A DNA stretch of 52,591 bases. It comes from Catajapyx aquilonaris. Taxonomy: Eukaryota. The stretch covers positions 1 to 52,591 of the forward strand of contig JYFJ02002704.1 in NCBI GenBank assembly GCA_000934665.2. The letters are read 5' to 3'. A program made the translations under genes and the position numbers. The notes beneath the pieces are model-generated. The model was given only the letters and a program-made list of their open reading frames with translations. It did no database searches and had not been told where the DNA came from. Positions 1-13,284 of this stretch are shown in pieces (within the stretch, counting starts at the first letter, position 1; every line of letters begins with the position of its first letter).

Positions 1-142
1 TGTGACGTCATGAAACTCCCGAAATCTTAAAGGCGTCGTACGCAAAAACTATGCAAGTTAGCCCAAAACTACTTCCACATCCCTATATTAGTTTTGCAAG
101 TCCTATCAGGCTACGTGGCCACTTTCCGCGAGTTTTTGAGCA

Positions 143-496
143 CCCTTATATGAACTGAAATTTTGAATAATAAATTTCTGGAGCAATATGCAAATGTTTA
201 TTTTCGCCCTGTGAACGGACGTTGTTACCGTGTCATTGTCTAACATAAGCGAAACACTGAATTCTTCCTGCTGGCTTAAGTTACCCCATATGGGGGGGGG
301 GGGGGGGTAACTTAAGCCACGCCCTCCTTTTTTTGTTGTTTTTATCATACATGTTGTAGGAAACTTTCATCCATGTATACGTCGACCGTAAGTGTAGACC
401 CATGTTTTACAACAATTAGTTAATCTCTAAAGTCAATGCTCTTGAATTGGCAGATGTCTGAAATTGAAAAGTGGCTTAAGTAACCCCGAGTGACGG
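143..496. mobile_element. Right part of a pogo/Tigger-like non-autonomous element
   Basis: Ends GGCTTAAGTAACCCCGAGTGACGG|TA, near-reverse-complement of the TA|CCGTCAAACGGGGTTACTTAAGCC start at 38018. Bases 143-280 closely match 38871-39008. Confidence 0.7.
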
Positions 497-2068
497 TACG
501 TCGGTACCTATTGAATTAGTAGCCTACTTAAGAGAGTGTTGATGATGTTTGGTGTTTGAGATGTAATGGAAGAGCCGAGGAATTTATTTCATGCTGCCAT
601 ATGTCAGGATTGATGAATTTTACCCTGTTCATGATAGTCAATATTATGGAACTCATTATGATCCAAGGGTGGCCTTCCCATTAGAATTTTACGTCGATGC
701 TGAGAAATGTTTGAAAACAGGGTTCCAATATAAGGCGTAGGCCCATAATACAATCTTCCAACTTCAATTCTCGTAAAACTCGAAATCGATCTAATGTAAC
801 TCCTGTAGTTCTGCATTTCAAGTGTTCAATTAATTGACAAATAAAATTATGGCTTAAGGTGAATGCGATATCAAAACTAGAAATCAACGAGTAAGTGTTG
901 TTCACCAAAACGTTCTGTTCGCCCCCAAGTCTTATAACCCCAACCCCACTCGCAGGCAATCTTCAAGCTTGAGTTTGGAGCCGATCATGTGAAATCTTGG
1001 CGCGTCCTCACGACAGTAGTTTTGGGGAGGAAGTAGAGTCGTAAAACCAAGTAGGGAAAAGGGCGTCTCTCTTTCACCAAGCGCTGATGAAAGCGGATTG
1101 AAAACGGTTTTTTTTTGCACCGTCATAAACGTCTCAAGTCCTTACGTAACTTCGGGCAATCCCGCAATAAACAATTGGCCAACGCGGCCTACATTTAGCT
1201 GCATAGTCACACTGTCATGTGCCTATGAGTAAATTCCCAATTTTAAAATAGCGAATAACTGCTTCTTGTACAGTGCCCACAGTTCTTTCCCTTTTCCATC
1301 TCTGTCTCCTCCTTCCTGATGCTTCATGCCTTGGGTGCCATTTAAATGCATGGCGAAACCGAGACACGGGAGCACAATGGCCAAAAATGCTAATGGAACT
1401 AACACATCCAGTTCCGAGACTGGAAAGAAAATCCCAGGAAACTCGTGGCGCGCTTAATGAGTCACGAACGTGACAAGGCGGTGACAGCGGCAAGATGAAG
1501 TCCAAAAAATCCGGCATAAGCCAGAATTGCCGCAATACCCACCACACTGTGAAATGCCCTAGATCTGTCTTCATGCTGGAAGAAAATTAGCCGGAGTGGA
1601 GTATAGCCCACATATCCTATATTTTGAGTTGCGAGGTCTTATCAGGACGGTAGCGTACGCTATATTTATTTTCACTTCAAATGTGCTTCTACATATTTAA
1701 TAAGTTTTTAAAAGACAGTTTGTGCATAAAATTAAGGCCTGAACTTATTCGTGGAACGCTATAATGTAAGATCTAAAATGAATGGTCACCAAAGCACTGA
1801 GCAGCCAATTAATGGCAAAATAGAAGCTGTCTAAAAGAACCTGTGTACATGAGATGTGATGTTGCGCAACTTTCCAGGTGAATTGTACTCTTCCGTGGTC
1901 ATTAAATACTGTAGATATTCTTGAAAGGAATGTATCGTTTCATGTGTAAATATGTGGTAATTATATTTTTTTTTAATAGCCACAAATCAGTGGAACTTGC
2001 TCTATGCTGTATAGTGTATACAGTATGCCACCCTTTATAGAGGTCAGAAAACTAGTAACTTAGACATT

Positions 2069-2584
2069 AGGGTCATTCCCACGTGCCACAGGGATCATGA
2101 TCCTTACCCCCGAAAATCGTGATTGGGGTGTTCCCACATGCCCTTCCTCCACCCGAACGCGTTTACGAAGGTGACTGTGGCAGCCAGCTTGTAGAAGTTG
2201 ACTGCCACCTTATGAGTCGCGATCCTGACGTCACTCCCCCCTCCAGACCGGGCAACATGGCGGCTCCCTGCTTGGCCCCGTCTGCCCACGTGTCTGCCCC
2301 CTCGCTCTGCGGGTAGCCAGGACCTGTGTAATAACGTAGATAGCATGCCTCCATGCTATTACAGCCAGGCCTATCGTAGAGTCACCCGTGCCTTTGTCCG
2401 GGAGCCGAAGCGAGAGTCATTTTTTCGCCAGGCGGGTGGGCGTGGTTACAGACCACTCCACCGAAAATCACGAAAAGTACGTGGCCCGTGGAAACAGTCA
2501 CCAAACGATCCTGATCACATCCTGATTTTGCCAGTCAGAAACGTGGTTCAAGATCGAGATTTTGTGGCACGTGGGAATGACCCT
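2069..2584. mobile_element. MITE with AGGGTCATTCCCACGTGCCACA terminal inverted repeats
   Basis: Perfect 22-bp TIRs flanked by ATT/ATT (or TA/TA if the TIR is read one base shorter). Confidence 0.8.
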
Positions 2585-3014
2585 ATTGTGTAGCACATGA
2601 TTCCGTATATGCTGAATTACCACACACAACGTTTGAGAGTTTTACAAATCATGCCTGTTCCGCTTGCTATTACATCTATTGCACAACAACATAAAGCTCT
2701 TACAGTTACATAAATTATTATTCAAACACGATTCAATTACATGAAAGTAATGTTGCCTTTATCTGATTATTATAAAGTGATGCTTGATTACCTGTATATA
2801 CGGGGGCTTCGTCTCGGGTGGTATTTCCACAAACTAAACCACCCGGGGAGTTCACTAAAAATGGCCACATTAAGACGTTGCACTGCACCTTGCACATCCC
2901 CTCCTGCCATCCTGCCCGTGGGCCCGGGTGTTACGTATAAAGGCTCCAATGTACACGACAAAATAAATAAAGGTCCGTGCTACATACCTCTGATGAGGTC
3001 AAGCACTACCCCGG

Positions 3015-3015
<1 letters not shown>

Positions 3016-3078
<63 letters not shown>
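3016..3078. repeat. (TTA)n microsatellite
   Basis: Pure trinucleotide run; source of the poly-Y/poly-N ORFs. Confidence 0.95.
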
Positions 3079-3080
<2 letters not shown>

Positions 3081-3086
3081 TGTATA

Positions 3087-3432
3087 GGGGAGGTGTATAG
3101 ATGGCCGAGATGGTAACGTCTCGGCTTGCTGAGTGAAAGGCCCCAGGTTCGATCCCCGCCTGGGGAACTTTCCTTTCACCTGCGTCAGGAGGGTCTCTGA
3201 CCTGCACCAAGGAGGTGTCTGGCAACCTAACCTCCTGGGGGACTGCACATGACCCCTTTACCGACATTGCACTTGCACCAATGTTCCCTCCCCAAAAATC
3301 CCTATCCCTACCCTACATCCTTGACTCTTTGCACCGGTGAATGAAGTTAATACAGGAAAATGGAGTGAAATGGTGGTATTCCATCCCCCTAAAAAGGCTC
3401 AGTCTTATCACTGGGTAACGTAAAAAATATAT
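3087..3432 (+). mobile_element. tRNA-derived SINE, family A
   Basis: A box TGGCCGAGATGG, B box GGTTCGATCCC, flanking direct repeat ATTACCTGTATA. Homologous to 15199-15860 and 51750-51895. Confidence 0.85.
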
Positions 3433-4267
3433 ATTACCTGTATATACGGATGAATTTGTTTTTACAGTTTACAGCACTGTTAATGTAAGTATAAGAAGTG
3501 CAAGTATAAGTCATATTCAAATAAGACGCTCAAAACTTGCCCAGCAACTATCACATTCACCAGTCAGCATTCATTAGGAAGGACGTGATATTTCATGACA
3601 TAAGCAGGAACTCAAGACATAGAGCAAAGAAATCCATTACTTTCTCTGCCAATAGCAAAATATTTGGGCCATCTTTGGGCCAACTTGTCAAAATTGGAGT
3701 TGTAGAGGGAATATATCCATCCCTTTTATAGATACCGCATCAAGAACAACTGACCTGAACTCCTGGTGACTCCCATACAGCTAACCTCGAAGGTGTTTCT
3801 GCGTATTCTGGAGCAGGAAGCCCTCAGGCCGGGAGAATAGGCTGAGTGAGGGATTATGTGGAATGAATATAATTATGCATATACACTCAACTTCCCAGAA
3901 ATCGACCTCATTCATCCATAATTGTAAAACTATCCTAATGATTCAAATTAGTAAAAACGAATAAGTTGAAACTAGACATAACACGTTCGAACTGGTCAAT
4001 ATTCCTTACTTCGCATGTGCATAAATCAATGACTTAATATTACTGTCAGTTATGGAAAACAAACATCTTGATTACTAATGAGGAATATAGCCTAACGAAA
4101 GGTTCAACCGTTGACCTCTATTAAGTTATGTCAATATTGTGGTGTTGCCCTAATTTTCAAACTACTACCCCATCTCCCTGATATATACTATACTCAACAC
4201 CATATAAGTTTTTAGAACTTTTTGCTGCTTCTGGATTGTAACCGGTTTGAGAACTACATAACTTTTG

Positions 4268-4276
4268 ATTATTATT

Positions 4277-4333
<57 letters not shown>
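4268..4333. repeat. (ATT)n(GTT)n microsatellite
   Basis: Directly visible. Confidence 0.95.
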
Positions 4334-5568
4334 ATTTCTGGAACTTAGCAGAGTTGTCGAATAGCATTAATTAGCATCTGGTAAAGTTGTGGTTTGTCAC
4401 ACACGGTAGTTGTTGCAACTGTGTATAGGGGTCAGTCAGAAAACCATCCCCCCCCCTCCCCCCGGGTATAAAAATATGGCAATTTTATAATCCTTTAAAG
4501 TTTGGTCTGTAAACAAATGGAAGTGTGCTCGACAAGTTAAAAGTAGAAGAGTAGCATCGCAGGCCAAAGATAGCATCTGGAAACTTCCAGGCACCTTTGA
4601 TATACGACGTTATGACCACTTTTCCAAATGGATGGGTCGGAATGGCGCAGAGGGAGATGCGGAAGGAAAAAAAAGGAAAACAAAAATTCCATTCACGGTT
4701 GTCTTTCAACTCCCTCCAAAAAGGACTACAGGGGGTTCCTACGTATAAGAAGTATATTGAGCCTCGCATGAAGTCATATGCAATGAATGTGCCAGATAAA
4801 TGGGGAGTGTGAGTTGGATGGGGGTTGAAAAGATGGAGGTGGGTGAGACTAAGAATATACCTGACACCCTCCCCCAACTGTGAGGATTCCTCTTTTATTG
4901 CATTTCTACGTAAATTCTCAAATTACACGAATTGGAGTTTTCTCACGTTTTCGATCCCCCCTTCCATTCTCTCCCTCCCTTCCCCCAGACTCTCATACTA
5001 TAGTGATAAACGCATCCCTCGTCGCCTGTAGGCTAAAACACGCACAAGATGCCCAAAGCTGTTCATACACCCGTCCAGGGAATTAGCGGCGGAAAATATT
5101 GCTCGCACTACATGCAATAATGGACCACACTCATGCTGCCGCGCCGGTATGGTTAGTAACAATAAAGCATAGCAAAAAAAAAAAAAAAATTGCGGCACAA
5201 TTTGAACATGGCTTGTTTATCTCAATTGTCGCAGAGATCTTTTATGAAATTGTGATGTGAATATACGTAGTAGGTCTAAGGACTCGTTAGTGGTTTTAAA
5301 TATTGCAGTTGTGTTACGATGGATGTTACGGATGTGGGAGGAAACCTAATTCAGTAGACTAATCGAATTAAAGTTTGTTTCAAATAAATATTTTTGGAAG
5401 CCTTCCCCGCGTAAGGTATTACATACGAGCTTTGAACAGTAGATGCCGGCGACATCTCTCCGCCAGTATTAGAAGCAAGTAGCTTGCACACATCAATAAT
5501 ACTGGTAAGTCTGACTTGCATAAGAAATGTCCCACATAGATCGTAATATTTGTCTCTCTCTCATTATA

Positions 5569-5586
5569 TGATGATGATGATTATTA

Positions 5587-5658
<72 letters not shown>
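5569..5658. repeat. (TGA)n(TTA)n microsatellite
   Basis: Directly visible. Confidence 0.95.
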
Positions 5659-5660
<2 letters not shown>

Positions 5661-5973
5661 GGAAAAATGTTGGATTGATTCAGTTATTATCAGTGATGCG
5701 AGCATTGTCAATTTGGGGAAACTAATCTAAACAATGTAATTGCTCTTAATTCATATTTATTATTGATCAATTATTATATGATTACATTCTCCTGTTTGTT
5801 TCACGTTAATTAAGGGTACATTTCGTGTACATTGCATTAACACTGTAGCCTCTGTGTTATTAGCATGCATTTTCCAGGTCAGGTCAAGATAAATATTAGA
5901 AGTGGATGACTTGTATACAAAATGAGCTACCTGGAAATCACGGGTATCATAGTAATAAGGAAATAAGGATCAT

Positions 5974-7158
5974 GGGCCGGATTCATCATACGCGATTTTT
6001 TACGATTTAACAGAGATACGTACAACATGTTTACGTACAATATCCGTGGAAACCTTGCGATACGTAGGCCTAACTCTACAACATGCCGGATTCATCAAGA
6101 TTTTTCTCGTAAATAGTGAAGTTCGTAGGTAGGTCGTAACTCGATCATCGTTTTGTTGCCTTATGCAACAATAGGAGTAAACACAGTGTCACCAAAAAAA
6201 AACAATGTTCAAAACAATGAACAAAACGATGACATGGATCGTTCTTTCATTTAACGGACTTTACTTTTAGGCTACCTACTCTCCTAGGCGCCCCCCTCCT
6301 GAGTGTTTATGGTGCATAGTACACGGAAGCCCGCAGGGGAGGAAAAAGCGTGTTTATACAGGGTGTTACAAATATGTTGGTGGGTCTTTTTTAATAACTG
6401 ATATCGACTGACAGTAGTTATTTTTGTAGCTACAAGCTATGTAGCTGCATTTTTTTGTAGCTATAGAAAAAGTAACTACCGTCAGGCGATATCAGTTATT
6501 AAAAATAACCGACCCACGAACTTGGAACACCCTGTATTTTCGCGTGTCCCGTTACGAATGCGGAGCCAAAACGTACACTGCATGTCATTTATGGTCAACC
6601 CTATGATAGCAGGAGAGAGGAATAGCATTATCTGCTACTGAGGCGCAGAATTGTATGTTAGCCTATAGCTGTAACTGGCAGTAGGTGTTATTTTTAGTAA
6701 CAACAATATACATAGTGACAGTTATTGCAAAGTAGAGTCGGTTATTTCCAACCTACCGCTCCGATACGCGACAAGGGTCCCGGATTCGGATGATCGGAGG
6801 ATCTGGGATAGCTATATGTGATGTAAAATATTTGCAGACCTTCCTTTGACTTCAGCTGCATCTTTTTTACCACACAGTCACGGCACAGAGAAGGGGAAAA
6901 TCCATGCGGCATCAGGCATCTCAAAATGCGACTGCTGGTGCACCGCGGACAGTCCGACCAGATATCCGACACACGTAAACAACTTACAACACCTCTTGAG
7001 GTGCTGTATCTCTTACGAGATTTTTAAATAACTTACCTCTCGTAGCAGCTACGACCCTTGGTTAAATAAAAAATTCTCGCAGCGGTTACTAAGGTTACGG
7101 CCGGTTACAACAAACACTTGACTTATGACCTGCTTACGACCTTTCGTGAATCCACCCC
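5974..7158. mobile_element. PIF/Harbinger-like non-autonomous element
   Basis: Imperfect TIR GGGCCGGATTCAT...GTGAATCCACCCC with 3-bp CAT/CAT flanks. Confidence 0.6.
6359..6534. mobile_element. Tc1/mariner-type MITE nested in the Harbinger-like element
   Basis: TA|CAGGGTGTT...AACACCCTG|TA with internal inverted arms. Confidence 0.8.
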
Positions 7159-10100
7159 CATAACAACAACCTGTATAAAAACGATGATGTGCTTTTCTTG
7201 CTGGAAATTCATTTTCCTGCAAGGACTCAAAACAGTTTATTTATCGCTTTGTTATCTACAGAACTTACTCAGGTTCCCAATATTTCAGATCGTAATATAA
7301 TTTTCAACATTAGCCTCCTCACTGTTTGCCATGACGAAATCACACTACTAGCATTTCCGTAATAATCTGCTGGAAACCACCCGAATAAACCACTTAATAT
7401 GGCTTGTTGCACCAAGCCCAATATTGTTATACTGCATAATCATCCGCAAATTTTGTAATCGAAAACAAGAGTGCATCGAAAGGCCACAGTTAGGGAAACC
7501 ACATTAATGCGGTTTCCCATGTTTAGATTCTGTTGCGGGGTCCTATAACCGGAGGCGATTGTGGAGAAACTGCGCCTGTAAACACGCTGCCAATGTCCTT
7601 TCACACAAAGGAGCGTAAGCCCGTAGCAACTCGCACCCACAGCTCGTTAACATTTTAAATTAGAGCGTTAACAAGCACTTTGGGCAACCTCTTATGCGCT
7701 ATCAAATTCCATTCTGTCTCCCCAAGAACTTAATGGGGTTAATTTATACAGAGTTACTGGGAATTGCCCCTGGAAGTGAAAGGCCAATATGCCAATATGC
7801 AAACACTGAATAAAACGGAACTAAGTGACGGTACTCATGTACATTCAAGAGCAAAACGATGGGAACGGATCCGGTTCAGGACCTCTAACAAGTTCACTGT
7901 AAAACCACACAAAGATCAATATAATATAGTGAACATGCAAGTCCAATTTAGGCAGTTTTCAGTTATGTACACGTATGTAGCATTTTTCCTGCCCTATCGC
8001 CTGGTGAAGTTTATTCAGTCCTATATTCATAATGAGTCAGCCAGGTAGAAATTTCTGCATTCACTATAGCGTGTAAACATGTTGAAGGTAAAACTTTTCC
8101 CTTGGATTATTACGAAACTTGTATCGTGCCCATGATTACTAATAATATTACTCTTTTCAGTTGAATGATTGGAGCTCCTGTTCCAGTCTGTTCCAATCTT
8201 TTTGCTCGTGATTGTACAATGCGACTCCTTTTGCTAACAGTAATTTATTTTTATTTTTATTTTATTTTCAATACCCCTGTGGGCTGTACAAAAGCCTTTG
8301 GGGGGCTAACAGTAATATAACAACAATTTTGTCATCTCAGCAGATATCCCGGATGCCTTTTGGTGTACCTCCAGAACTTTGGTCCGGGGAAATATTGTCG
8401 ACATATTCGATTACTTAGACTTCTCCCTGCAGGGTTAAGGTGTGGTAATACCTTATTTGAGAGAAGAGGCATATAAATTAGAATCCCGCTGAGCGTGGTG
8501 GGATCATAACTTGCGAATTTGGCAGCGGAAGATTAAACGCGCACAAACTCCAAGTTGTTCGGCAAGTCTTGTTGTTCTGGCTGTTTCAAGACGAGATTCT
8601 GGGTAACCCTCACCAGTACTAATTTTTATGCGGTTATACTTGCAGCGCTACTCTTGGTACTGTAGTAATAATGCTCTGCTTACTGGATATTAACTATTTA
8701 TTGAACATACGACATTGGCCTGTGATTCCGAATGGTACATGAGGTTACAAAATATGATCAATTTGTTCTTCTCAGTCCGATGTAAGTTCAATAATATTTT
8801 TAAAAATATGAAGTTCAATAGGGAAACATGATAGCATGTAAAAGTTTTACATGTGATGTGCTCTGTACAGGGTATTTCATAATAGCTGGAACGGAAAGCC
8901 AGTTAGTGACCTATAAAGTGGTGCAGGCAACTCCCTGCTGAACTTTAAGCTGAGAAACAAGTATAAATCAACGTCAGAGAGATATTTACGGATGTGAGCT
9001 CAATTATGAAACTGCTGGTATATAATGACTTTTGATTGCAGTTTGCTAGCACAAGAGGAACCAACTTCCGCCATATTTTTAGACTTGCAGAATATCTCGT
9101 TGCACTATAATGTTGCCCGTATAGGACTCTAAACAGCTTGCAAGACAAAATCAGTTATCGGCATTTTTTTTTCCTTTTTACTCAGCCAGTTTTATATCTC
9201 TCAAGCATTCTTTCGCCTCTATTTAACGAATTCGCCCTTGGCGAACCAACCTGGATAGATTCCCCCCTCCCCTCCCCCATTTATTACACAGCAGAATTTC
9301 CCAAAGAAATGATTATCGATTTTCAAACTTTCCTCTTAGTTGCAAGGGTCTTTACAGTTGCCCGAACAATATATACAGGCCGATAAGTTGATTACCGTGC
9401 ACTCAGAGGGCTTCAAACAACAGTGACATGGTAGTGTCGATAGTGCCAAATTGAGTTTTTCACAAACCACTCGTCGCTTGAAGGCTCATTTTTATTGCAT
9501 TAGGTAGTTTCAACACTAGTCGTGCTATACAAGGTACCACATTAATTTTTGCAGAGGCCTACGGTCAGTTAATTATTTATTGACCATAACATAATTAGTG
9601 GTAAAAGCCAGGTGTAGTGAGGCATGGGTTGTGCTCTTATTACTCTTCGCTCAGAGCAGCTTGAACTTTGTGACATAATTAGGTGGCATTGCCCAGCTGT
9701 TCAAAGCCGATATCTAGTAAATCCATTTTTCTTCCTTTCAAACTGGCATTGAACTCACTATTCACCTGTCTTTCCTACCGTTGTGTCCTGGAATCCGATA
9801 ATTCCTACTGGACACAAAATCGAAGCAGCTGTTCTATTGTTACCCCCTGCTAAGTTGGCTAGGTTGCTCCATCATCCAGTTTAAAGAAAAGCAACAATAT
9901 TGTGACAAGTGTGTTGCTCCACTTCAGTGGTTCCTGGGGTTTAAAAACCCAAAAGTGATCCACTTATAGATCCCTCTTGAACTGGGGACTTTGGCAGTGC
10001 ATTACTCTGTGTAGCATTAGAAAGTCTACCTCACTGTACTTTACCGGGGTGTCAAAAATTTCATTTGCGTTAACTTACATATTTTACGCGTATTCCTCCC

Positions 10101-11659
10101 CTCTGGAATATACCAGATGGGGCAAATTAAACTGTGAATCATGCATACATTTTAATAGTGTGAACATTTTTGCATAACCTGCAAACCGCTGAAAGCATTT
10201 GTTTCTCTTTTTTCAGTACAGAACTTTGGCTGACTATATAGCCATTTTCTGAATTCTGCTTTTGCAATTTTTTTCTCGTATTCAAATCACGCCTGTAAAT
10301 ACAATCCTCAAAAATATTTCCCGCAAGACAGAAATTGCACCCAGAGTGATTAGAGAGCTACAGTACTCCAAGAGTTACAGCAGTGGATTAACTCAAAATG
10401 CCGGGGCGATTAATACCCATGTCCTGGGGAGAGGGTGGCACACACAGAATACGGGAACAGGCAGAAAAATGTGGTGGCTAAAGTTGGCTTTTTGCATGTG
10501 ACGTCAGAGATAGCCTGATTAAGTCCGGCAGAACTGCTAAAACCACAATATTATCCGAACCTGTTTCATTTCCTTCTCCATGCTCGTTGAATTTTTGTTT
10601 CTGCTCCTTTCCAATAATCTGCGGTTACAGTTCATATCCAGCCGCAGGTGGTGGTGTCATTTTTTGTAATTGAAAAAAAAAAACTACAAAACTGTTCAGA
10701 TTTTACAAGTTACAGTGCTATATAGGCTGTAAAATCAGAACAGTGCAGATATTATAAACTATTGAGATTTTACTACCACTTATTCATCAACTGTTAGATA
10801 AATTATCTTATGAAATTGAAGTTATGGATGCTCATAACTTCAGAGTGTGTGCATCCCAAAGGGCCAGCTGTAAATAAAATTATTTCAATTTTCTCCCTTT
10901 CATTTGATCCACTCTCGTAGTTGTGTTGCTTTCTGTTTTGTGATATGCGGCCCAGGAGGTTCAGTTCATTGTGGGCCTCTTCATCGCTAAGGGTCTACGT
11001 GAAAATCCATGTGCATGCAAGTCTTAATCATTAAAATTTGAAACGAGTTTTACCACTGCAGTTACTCCCACTTCCTCCAATGCCCATGTTGGCACTACCG
11101 TGAAACTTTTTGAGAGGCCTTCACGACTTTGGATGTAGTCCGTTCACAAATCTAGCGGGCATGGTGGCAAGGGCATTGTTGTTGCAGGCTTGCCTCAAAC
11201 CACAGTGGATTGTCCATGCATCACAACTACGGTTAAATTGGGGATGCTAATGAACTCACGTTGCTCCAGGTGGGCGCCATGGACCAGAAAAACAATGCAG
11301 GCTGTGAAGGGGCGCTTATATGGGGCCAGCCATTAGTGACGCTTCTAAAAAAAAAGAACCCAAATAGTCATAAAACTGTACAGTTCGAGTGTCCTTGCGA
11401 CATGAAACCCTACTCATTCCCTTTAAAGTGATGGTACAGACCAGTATGTTGTGTTCTCATGACATTATTGTTTTCCGCATTTTTGGGTAATTGTTTTGTA
11501 TCAATCACAATAATACGTTGCTGTAAAACTTTTGTTGTACTTTATAATTATGTTCGTTGTGGCTTTAAAATTCATTTGAAACGGTGTTGCAAAAATAAAT
11601 GGATGACGTGGTTGTATTCATTTCATGAAAATGCCTTATTCCGCATTGCCATTCCTGTA

Positions 11660-11935
11660 CCGAAGCTGGTTGGCATAGTGGATAAGGCGTCCGACTGCTA
11701 ATCGGGAGGTCCTGGGTTCGAATCCCGGGGCCGGCAACTCTGAACGTGGTTTTCTCTGGTTTCCCACGGTCATTCCAGGAAAATTCCGGAGTTACTTCCG
11801 TAATATAATAGCCTACAGCCGCTTCCTTCCGTCCCTGTCCTAGCCCAAAGAGCACAGTAAAATGAAAGCAAAGAGTTCCAGGCAAAAACAAACTTCCCCC
11901 CTAAAGAGCCGATGGCTGATAACGGGGTATGAATA
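11660..11935 (+). mobile_element. tRNA-derived SINE, family B
   Basis: A box TGGCATAGTGG, B box GGTTCGAATCC, TSD ATTGCCATTCCT(G/A)TA at 11645 and 11936. Homologous to 27505-27872. Confidence 0.88.
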
Positions 11936-12502
11936 ATTGCCATTCCTATAGAGACCTATATTACCCAATATACGAAAGAAGAACATACAAGTAGGCTATT
12001 AAACGTGATTTTAAAAAGAGTCACAACCATACACAGTACAAAATTTCGGCGCATAATATTATTCCCTGCTATATACACCATTCTGTTTGGCAATACTGTT
12101 GATAATGATGAAGTGCATTCTCCACGACCATAGTATGTGGAATTATATCTGAAAAATTCCCTGGAAATGTTGCAATCAGGTTCAGGTACGTTATTATCAG
12201 TCTGAGCGAACAATGGGGGAAGTAAAAATTTTAACAACACTTGAATATTGCATAACATAATTAAGTACTGTAGCACAGTGCTTTCACACGTCAGTGCAGT
12301 CCACGCTCGGCAGCAGTTTTTCAACATAGGCTATAATAATTACTTGATAATTATTGAAGATTTTTTTTTCCGAAACCAGGCTTATTAGGGACAATTATTA
12401 CAGGTCTCCACTTCTGGAGGGGCATTTTCACTTCAGATTATTATGGAGGTATATAGAATATTTAAATTAGTTATTTTCTGTTGACATTAATTGTCATAAC
12501 CA

Positions 12503-12703
12503 GTTATAGATTGACTACTTTCAGAAAGGGAAGTGACTATGTTGACGTATCCGAAAGCACCAATCGGAGGCACGATCATCTCCCTCCTGCCCGCTCCCGC
12601 CCAATGAATTTCAAGTATCCCATCTGATCGTGCCCCTGATTAGTGCTTTATGAAACGTCATCATATATGTCACGTCCCTTTCTGGAAGTGGTCATGCTAT
12701 AAC
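12503..12703. mobile_element. Old palindromic MITE
   Basis: Degenerate inverted arms (gactactttcagaaaggga...tccctttctggaagtggtc; ggcacgatca...tgatcgtgcc). Confidence 0.6.
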
Positions 12704-12834
12704 TTTACTCGTGAGCTACGAGGGTAATTTCAATGGTAAAATCTTAAGCTTGGATAACTGCGTTTTCTGTCATCTAGATATTCTCATAAAAATATGGATA
12801 TGGTTATTGTGGCTCGTCGTCAAAGGCGTGTATA

Positions 12835-13284
12835 CAGGGTGTTCGTGAACCAACCAGTCAGACCTGTACCCGTGGCTCCATTTACACCAGAGGATCATGT
12901 TATTTAGAGGAGTCATTATATGTCTGGGCAGCCTCATTACTGACATAATTGCCTTCAAAGTACAAGTACAAATTGGTACAAAGTATCCTGGGAGGTATGG
13001 AAACCTTCAGCCCTGAAATCGTATCACGGGTGAAAATAGCAGCTTTTCCATTTGGCTACTAGCATGTCGCATGTGTACTGCATGTCGCATGTGATCTGTG
13101 ACAATCTGGGACAATCTGTGACAATCTGTGACAATCACTCTTAGACCCAATCGCTAAATCGCAAATGATCAATTATCTCAGTAATGAGGCTGCCCAGGCA
13201 TAATGACTCCTCTACATAACATGATCCTCTGGTGTCAATGGAGCCACGGGTACAGGTCTGACTGGTCGGTTCACGAACACCCTG
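12835..13284. mobile_element. Tc1/mariner-type MITE
   Basis: TA|CAGGGTGTTCGTGAACC...GGTTCACGAACACCCTG|TA with long inverted arms. Confidence 0.9.

Noticed and set aside
2985..3015. Hammerhead ribozyme (CTGATGAG)
   Set aside because: No stem II followed by GAAA could be formed.
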